The translations under genes and the position numbers were made by a program. The notes beneath the pieces were generated by a model, which was given only the letters and a program-made list of their open reading frames with translations, had not been told where the DNA came from and searched no databases. From a virus (lineage: Duplodnaviria > Caudoviricetes), in the IMG/VR virus record IMGVR_UViG_3300043391_000302, positions 1 to 63,053 of that record: a stretch of DNA of 63,053 bases; one strand, given 5' to 3'. How positions within the stretch are numbered: position 1 is the first letter of the stretch; every line of letters starts with the position of its first letter. Positions 56,749 through 63,053 of the stretch are shown here, piece after piece.

Positions 56749-58734
56749 ATGCCAATTACACAAGTAAAATCGAAACAGCAGTTCCTCGTAACGGACAACG
56801 TCTCGTTTCAGGATCTCTACCGTATAACAGGTCTCGTCAATCCTGTTAACGCACAGGATGCAGCGACTAAAGCGTATGTTGATTCTGTTAAACAGGCTCT
56901 AGATATTAAAGACTCAGCAAGAGTAGCTACTACAGGTGCTGAGACTTACACAATTGTAGGTGGTGCTGTTACTCAGATCACTGGTACGACTATTGATGGT
57001 GTCGCCATTGCTTTGAACGATCGTATATTGATCAAGAACGCTCCTGCTGCAACTGGTGCAGGTGCTGGTGCAGGTAGTGCAAATACTACTCAACCTGCTA
57101 ACGGTATCTACGTTGTAACAAACGCTATTGGTAACCTTACCGTACAACGTTCTGCTGATGCTGACGTGAGTGTAGATGTTACTGCAGGAATGTTTGTGTT
57201 TGTTGCTGAAGGCACTGCTGGTGCAGATAACGGTTATGTATTAACTACAAACGATGCAATCAACCTTAATACAACTGGTCTTACTTTCACACAGTTCTCA
57301 GGTGCTGGCCAGATTGTGGCAGGAGATGGTTTGACTAAAACTGGTAATACTATCAATGCAGTAGGTACTGCCAATAGGATTTCTGTATCAGCTGATGCTA
57401 TCGACATCGATGCCAACTACGCTGGTCAGAATACAATTGTAACTCTTGGTACTGTAACAACTGGTACTTGGAATGCGACAACTATTGCTCCAACTCGTGG
57501 TGGTACAGGATTAACTTCATATGTTCTTGGTGATATCTTATTTGCCTCTGCTGCAAACACTCTTTCAGCCCTTGCAGGTAATACTGCTGCGAGCAAAAGA
57601 TTCTTAACACAGACAGGTAACGGAACTGTATCTGCTGCTCCATCTTGGGGACAGATTGCAGCCTCTGATATACAAAGTGGTTTAGCTCTTACAAAGACTG
57701 ATGACACCAACGTAACGCTCACATTAGGTGGTACTCCAGCAACAGCATTGTTGCAGGCGGTGTCTCTGACTGTTGGATGGACTGGTACATTGGCTATAGG
57801 ACGAGGCGGTACCGGAGCAGCGAATAAGACAGACGCATATGATGCTTTGTCTCCTAACTCAACACTTGGTGATGTTACATACCATAACGGTACTGACAAC
57901 GTGAGACTCGCTGGTAACACAACTACCACTAAGCAGTTCTTGACACAGACGGGTACCGGCACAGTGTCTGCTGCTCCAGCATGGTCAACCATTGCTGGTG
58001 CTGATGTGACAGGTGCTGCATTAACTGTAGCCAATGATACAAACATAACTTTGACACTTGGCGGTACTCCGGCTACAGCACTTCTTCGTGCAGCTTCAAT
58101 AACAGTTGCGTGGTCTGGAACTCTTGCTGTTGATCGTGGTGGATCTGGTCGTGCGAGTGCAACTGCTTTCATGCCAATCGCTGGTGGTACAACAGCTACA
58201 GGTGCACATCAAAGTGTTTCTGTTGGTACAACAAACGGTCAAGCTTTACTATATCAAGGTAATGCTGCATTACCAGCTTTTGGTGCAATTACATTAGGTG
58301 ATACTACTGGAAACATTGTATCTGGAATTTTAAGAGTTGTGAATGGTGGTACTGGCCAGAGCAGTTATGTAAACGGTGAATTGCTAATAGGTAACACAAC
58401 AGGTAATACACTTACTAAATCAACACTTACAGCAGGAACAGGTATTGCAATCACCAACGGTGCAGGTAGTATAACAATTGCTGTATCAAGTGCAGTGTTT
58501 ACTTCAAGCAACTTTGTTACACGTGAGATTCCTTCTGGAGCTATCAACAGCTCTAACGCATCATTCACATTGGCTAACACTCCAACAGCTGGTACTGAGG
58601 AAGTATTCGTGAACGGTATCCTACAGAATGTTGGTGCAGGTAACGACTACACTATAAGTGGTGCAACAATTACATTCTTGAGTGGAGCTATCCCTCAGAC
58701 TGGTGATTCAGTTTTGGTGAACTATCGTAAATAA
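56749..58734 (+). CDS. Tail fibre protein with internal repeats
   Basis: DAATKAYVD, DRILIKN...NGIYVV and FTQFSGAG motifs; two long internal repeats; RGGTG repeats. Confidence 0.85.
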   Translation: MPITQVKSKQQFLVTDNVSFQDLYRITGLVNPVNAQDAATKAYVDSVKQALDIKDSARVATTGAETYTIVGGAVTQITGTTIDGVAIALNDRILIKNAPAATGAGAGAGSANTTQPANGIYVVTNAIGNLTVQRSADADVSVDVTAGMFVFVAEGTAGADNGYVLTTNDAINLNTTGLTFTQFSGAGQIVAGDGLTKTGNTINAVGTANRISVSADAIDIDANYAGQNTIVTLGTVTTGTWNATTIAPTRGGTGLTSYVLGDILFASAANTLSALAGNTAASKRFLTQTGNGTVSAAPSWGQIAASDIQSGLALTKTDDTNVTLTLGGTPATALLQAVSLTVGWTGTLAIGRGGTGAANKTDAYDALSPNSTLGDVTYHNGTDNVRLAGNTTTTKQFLTQTGTGTVSAAPAWSTIAGADVTGAALTVANDTNITLTLGGTPATALLRAASITVAWSGTLAVDRGGSGRASATAFMPIAGGTTATGAHQSVSVGTTNGQALLYQGNAALPAFGAITLGDTTGNIVSGILRVVNGGTGQSSYVNGELLIGNTTGNTLTKSTLTAGTGIAITNGAGSITIAVSSAVFTSSNFVTREIPSGAINSSNASFTLANTPTAGTEEVFVNGILQNVGAGNDYTISGATITFLSGAIPQTGDSVLVNYRK

Positions 58735-58751
58735 TATAAATAAGTTTTGAT

Positions 58752-61700
58752 ATGCCTGTTACAGGAGTACGAGGTAGACAGATATTAGATGACAGTGTTA
58801 CTAGGGCAGACATTAACGTGACCTCCACTGGTAATGCACTTATTACAAAAGTTTTGGTAGGAGCTGGGTTATTAATATCCAGCTCTACCGGAGCTGATTC
58901 GGGTACTGGTGATGTTACGCTAACACTTGGCAACTCGGGGGTAACAGCTGGATCTTATGGATCTGGTTCACTCGTACCTGTAATTACGGTAGATGCCTTT
59001 GGTAGGATTACTGCTATATCTACAGCTTCTGCTGCTGGCGGTGGGACAACACTAAATGGTACAGGTTTTGTACGGATGAGTGGAACGACTCCTTCTTATA
59101 TAACAGGAACCTCTTCTCAGTTTCTTAAGGCTGATGGTACTTTAGACTCAAGCGTCTATGCCTTATCGTCTGCTCTTTCTGGTTATTTGCCATTGACAGG
59201 TGGTGCTTTAACGGGTGGTCTGAATGGGACAACTGCTTCTTTTTCAGGATCACTTACGACAAGCTCATATTTAAACATATCAGGTACTACGGCAGTATCT
59301 ACTTCAGAATATTTATATAAAGTTGGATCGAACCTTTACTGGAAACGTAACAGGTTGCGTTCTTATATAGAAAGAACAATTACAGGAGTTTCTACTGATC
59401 CTGTTAATTATAACACATACTATGAGATAGGTAGTTTTGCATTCAGTAGTCTAGAAGGTGTTTTTGAAATAGACCTTACGTTTAACGGAAGCGGTTATGG
59501 TCAAGGTTCAAGACACAGAGTTCCAGTGTCATATGCAATGGACTATCTGACTTATTACACAACAGGATTAACTACAGTTAATGGTGTATGGTTAGTGGTA
59601 GATGCTGTTTCTCAAACTCCAAGACACTTAATGCCATCTGCTGCTAACTGGGAATTGCAAATGAACGTGAGTGCTAATACCGTTACGTTCAGAATATTAA
59701 TCAAAGGTGGCACTGCTGGTACAGCTACAGCTTATGTTAAGATTTCTCATAACAATGACTTTGATAACTGTACATATACAGAGTTAACAGGTACAGGGGT
59801 AGATGCCACTGCATACAGCAGGCTTCCATATATTGGCAGTGGTATAAACGGAACTACTCTAATTCAGAACAATCTTGATCTGATGGGTGATTTAGCTGTA
59901 GGTTTAATTACGCCATTAGCTAAGGTTCATATAAGTAAGGATGGTGGAGCTTCTACTGTTCGTTTACTTCAGTTAGATAATTCTAATCCAACTTATTCAC
60001 AGAACGTGTACTTGGACATGAATACATCGAAGGATGTACTTTGGGGTCAAGGCAGTGCAGGTGGCGGTACATTCTGGAATGCTGGTACAAGAGGCTACGG
60101 TTGGTCTATAAACGGATCCAGTAAAGTAACGATAGACCTAAACGGTAATGTCGGTATCGGTACTTCAACACCTTTAAATAAACTTCACATCTATAATTCA
60201 GTAACAGGAAGTGGAGTGGAACGTACTACTCCTGTAGATGTATTAACATTAGAAACAGAGAATACAACTGCTTTAGAATACGATGGGTTTGGTCAAGTAA
60301 TTAATTTTAGAGGAGTAACCTATACTGATGCGAATAAAAGGAATCTTGGTAAAATAATCCACAAAATAAGAGACGCATCAGCAGGTGCCACTACATTCGG
60401 TACTTCTTTTCATTTCGAATTATTACCCAATTCCACTGCTTCTGTTCCTGTTGAAAGAGTTGTTTTTGATCATACTGGACATGTTGGTATTGGCATAACA
60501 ACACCAACAGAGCGACTACATGTTAGTGGAAATGCATTAGTAACAGGCTCTATAACTGGAAGCAACATAATAAGCACACAGGCTAATAACACAGCAAATG
60601 GTGGTGGGCAGATATTCCTAAATGGTGCTACAGGAAACAGGATTGACTTTAATATTAACGGAGCAGGCAACCCAACACTTACTACAAGAAGTGCTGGTAC
60701 TAAAATTGTTTTCTATCCTCAAGTAGGTGCAGCGGCAGTCGATTATGCAATAGGTCTTGGCAGTGCAAGTCTTTGGATGTCTGTGGCAGATTCAACTGCA
60801 TCTTTCAACTGGTATGCAGCAAACATAAATATTGCTTCACTTAGTGGTACAGGTACATTATCTACTACTGGTCAGTTTATTTCAACAAGAGCTAACTCTC
60901 TGACTGCAGGTGATGGTCAGTTATATCTTAACGGTACTAGTGGAGGAAGAATTGATTTTAACGGGCAAGGTATAGGAAACCCTGTATTAAATAACAGAAG
61001 CGTTGGATCAAAGATTGTTTTTAGACCAACAGCGGCTGCAGGTGTAGCAGACTGGGCAATAGGTACTGCTACTTCTAGTTTATGGCTAACCTTGCCAAAT
61101 AATACTAATGCCAACTCTTTTATACTTTACGGAGGTACAACTTTGGCTGTACAACTGAGAGGTGATGGTTTAGTGCTTACTGCTGCTACTGGAGGATTTC
61201 AGGTCAGTGGTGGTACTTCTTCTCAGTTCTTAAAAGCAAACGGAACATTAGATAGTAACACATACCTCACAGATAACCAGAGTATAACTCTTTCTGGTGC
61301 AGTTTCCGGTTCGGGGACAACAGCTATTACAACAACATTAGGTACAGGAGTTGTGGGTATAACAAATATTTCAGCAACAGGTACCCCTGACTCAACGACA
61401 TTTCTTAGGGGTGACGGCACATGGGCTACACCTGCTGGAGGTGGTGGAGGAACAACCCTCAATGGTACAGGCTTTGTTCTTATGAGCGGAACCACGGTAT
61501 CATATGTAACAGGAACTTCGTCTCAATTTGTAAAAGCAGATGGGACTCTAGATAATAGTTCGTACTACTTAGCGTCAAACCCCAATGGGTACACTAATAA
61601 TGCAGGTACGGTAACATCGGTAGGAGGAACAGGAACAGTTTCTGGTCTTACACTTAGTGGTACTGTTACTGCATCTGGTAATTTAACCTTGGGCGGTACA

Positions 61701-63053
61701 TTAACTTTAACGGCAGCCAACATAAATGCAGTTGGTGCAATCACAAATAATACATCTGGGTCGGCAGGGTCAACACCTGTATTAACTTCTTCAGGCTCCT
61801 TGACAACACAGCAAGGAGATGGCACTGTGATTTATTCTAATGCACTCACTAATGGTCAAACAGGGCTTTTTGCTGGAACAGATAACTCTAATAGTATTTT
61901 AACAGTAAATAGACATCCGGGTAATTATTACAGTCAGTTGGGTTTTAGCTCTAATGGTAACCTTTACTACAGGAACTTTGTCAATACAGCAATTAACACC
62001 TCTCAAGCATGGCAAACAATTTGGACTAGCACCAGCTTAACTAACTTAAACCAGTTGACGAATGGACCCGGTTATATTACAGGTAATCAGTCTATCTCTG
62101 TTTCTGGCGATGCATCTGGGTCTGGAACAACTGCAATAACTCTTACTTTAGCCACAGTCAACTCTAACACAGGTACCTTTAACAACGTAACCGTTAACGC
62201 AAAGGGGTTAGTTACAGCTGCATCCAACGTAGCATATCTTACCTCTAACCAGAGCATAACTCTATCTGGAGATGTGACTGGTTCGGGGGCAACGGCTATC
62301 TCTACAACAATAGCCAACTCTGCTGTAACATACGCAAAGATTCAAAACGTAACAGACAACAGAATACTTGGTCGATCTGCAGGATCAGCCGGTGCCATAC
62401 AAGAGATCAGTATAGGTTCTGGACTTTCTCTTTCTTCTGGAGTGCTTACAGCCTCAGCTGTTTCTTCTCAGTGGATAACTGGCAGTGGATTTATTTATGT
62501 TCTATCTAATGTGGGTATTGGCTCAAGTTCTACACCTAGGGGTAGGTTTGAAACAATAGGACCTAATGGAGTACCAACCCCATTAGCAACAGCTGTAACT
62601 ACTGATGCTTTAATCATATCAGATTCAGGAAACACTGGTATTGTATTTGGTAACGGAACTACTTCTGGTTGGATGCAAGCTAGAAACTTAGGTGCCAACA
62701 GTACTGCACATGATATGTATGTTAACCCATTGGGAGGAAAGGTTGTTATAGGTAGTAGTACTTCTGATGGCGTTGGGCACTTGCAGTTAAACGGAACAAT
62801 GTCATTTAGGACCAGTGCCGCAACAACAATTCCTGCAATGAGGTTCCTTCCTAAGACTAACCTTATCACATCTACTGCACAGGGTGACCTAGAGACAGAT
62901 GCTAACGGATTGTTATTCTATAGTTATTCTGCACTAGATAGGGGTGTTATGGAGACTAGTCACTACTTGGCATTGAACAACCCATATACACTAACTAACA
63001 ATACCACCGCTCAGAGGATATTTGATACTGGCACTAACGGTGCTGTTTCTGTA
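58752..63053 (+). CDS. Long tail fibre / receptor-binding protein (runs off the window end, ~1560 aa with 1-684)
   Basis: ATG at 58752; absent from the ORF track, consistent with no stop before the end; GSYG...TVD.FGRIT, YLPLTGG and GNVGIGT repeats. Confidence 0.85.
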   Translation, partial: MPVTGVRGRQILDDSVTRADINVTSTGNALITKVLVGAGLLISSSTGADSGTGDVTLTLGNSGVTAGSYGSGSLVPVITVDAFGRITAISTASAAGGGTTLNGTGFVRMSGTTPSYITGTSSQFLKADGTLDSSVYALSSALSGYLPLTGGALTGGLNGTTASFSGSLTTSSYLNISGTTAVSTSEYLYKVGSNLYWKRNRLRSYIERTITGVSTDPVNYNTYYEIGSFAFSSLEGVFEIDLTFNGSGYGQGSRHRVPVSYAMDYLTYYTTGLTTVNGVWLVVDAVSQTPRHLMPSAANWELQMNVSANTVTFRILIKGGTAGTATAYVKISHNNDFDNCTYTELTGTGVDATAYSRLPYIGSGINGTTLIQNNLDLMGDLAVGLITPLAKVHISKDGGASTVRLLQLDNSNPTYSQNVYLDMNTSKDVLWGQGSAGGGTFWNAGTRGYGWSINGSSKVTIDLNGNVGIGTSTPLNKLHIYNSVTGSGVERTTPVDVLTLETENTTALEYDGFGQVINFRGVTYTDANKRNLGKIIHKIRDASAGATTFGTSFHFELLPNSTASVPVERVVFDHTGHVGIGITTPTERLHVSGNALVTGSITGSNIISTQANNTANGGGQIFLNGATGNRIDFNINGAGNPTLTTRSAGTKIVFYPQVGAAAVDYAIGLGSASLWMSVADSTASFNWYAANINIASLSGTGTLSTTGQFISTRANSLTAGDGQLYLNGTSGGRIDFNGQGIGNPVLNNRSVGSKIVFRPTAAAGVADWAIGTATSSLWLTLPNNTNANSFILYGGTTLAVQLRGDGLVLTAATGGFQVSGGTSSQFLKANGTLDSNTYLTDNQSITLSGAVSGSGTTAITTTLGTGVVGITNISATGTPDSTTFLRGDGTWATPAGGGGGTTLNGTGFVLMSGTTVSYVTGTSSQFVKADGTLDNSSYYLASNPNGYTNNAGTVTSVGGTGTVSGLTLSGTVTASGNLTLGGTLTLTAANINAVGAITNNTSGSAGSTPVLTSSGSLTTQQGDGTVIYSNALTNGQTGLFAGTDNSNSILTVNRHPGNYYSQLGFSSNGNLYYRNFVNTAINTSQAWQTIWTSTSLTNLNQLTNGPGYITGNQSISVSGDASGSGTTAITLTLATVNSNTGTFNNVTVNAKGLVTAASNVAYLTSNQSITLSGDVTGSGATAISTTIANSAVTYAKIQNVTDNRILGRSAGSAGAIQEISIGSGLSLSSGVLTASAVSSQWITGSGFIYVLSNVGIGSSSTPRGRFETIGPNGVPTPLATAVTTDALIISDSGNTGIVFGNGTTSGWMQARNLGANSTAHDMYVNPLGGKVVIGSSTSDGVGHLQLNGTMSFRTSAATTIPAMRFLPKTNLITSTAQGDLETDANGLLFYSYSALDRGVMETSHYLALNNPYTLTNNTTAQRIFDTGTNGAVSV
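62766..63053 (+). repeat. Terminal duplication, copy 2 (matches 1-288)
   Basis: Direct comparison with the window start. Confidence 0.95.

Noticed and set aside
1-63053. Stop-codon reassignment as in some crAss-like phages
   Set aside because: The standard code gives long intact ORFs with dense, coupled gene packing.

Overview
The window is an essentially complete, circularly assembled ~62.8 kb tailed dsDNA phage genome. Positions 62766-63053 re-read 1-288 with a divergent core. The host is probably a Bacteroidota bacterium, judged from TAnnTTTG-type promoter boxes, A/C-rich leaders without Shine-Dalgarno sequences, and the crAss-like gene set. The + strand (41.7 kb to the end, then 1-22.7 kb) carries a crAss-like podovirus morphogenesis module: endolysin, GroES-like protein, glycosyltransferase, TerL, portal, scaffold, capsid, tail fibres, spanin, ring proteins, a split tail-stabilisation protein, ejection proteins and a 3381-aa polyvalent protein. 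The - strand (22.7-41 kb) carries replication/recombination genes (primase-helicase, initiator, YqaJ + Rad52-like pair, dNMP kinase), a tyrosine integrase and many small early genes; an XRE repressor lies on the + strand within this arm. No DNA or RNA polymerase was recognised. Three signals stand out. (1) Seven covarying ~45-nt mini-tRNA elements (acceptor-like stem + UGG linker + T-arm), each directly upstream of an early gene, plus two larger aberrant tRNA-like RNAs. (2) A motif GNTCGGGRG seen about 45-50 times by eye across coding and non-coding DNA, with strong strand bias near the probable genome end. (3) Repeated Q(F/A)SVGNR linkers that delimit effector modules in the giant virion protein. 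All product calls come from motif recognition and synteny, not database searches.
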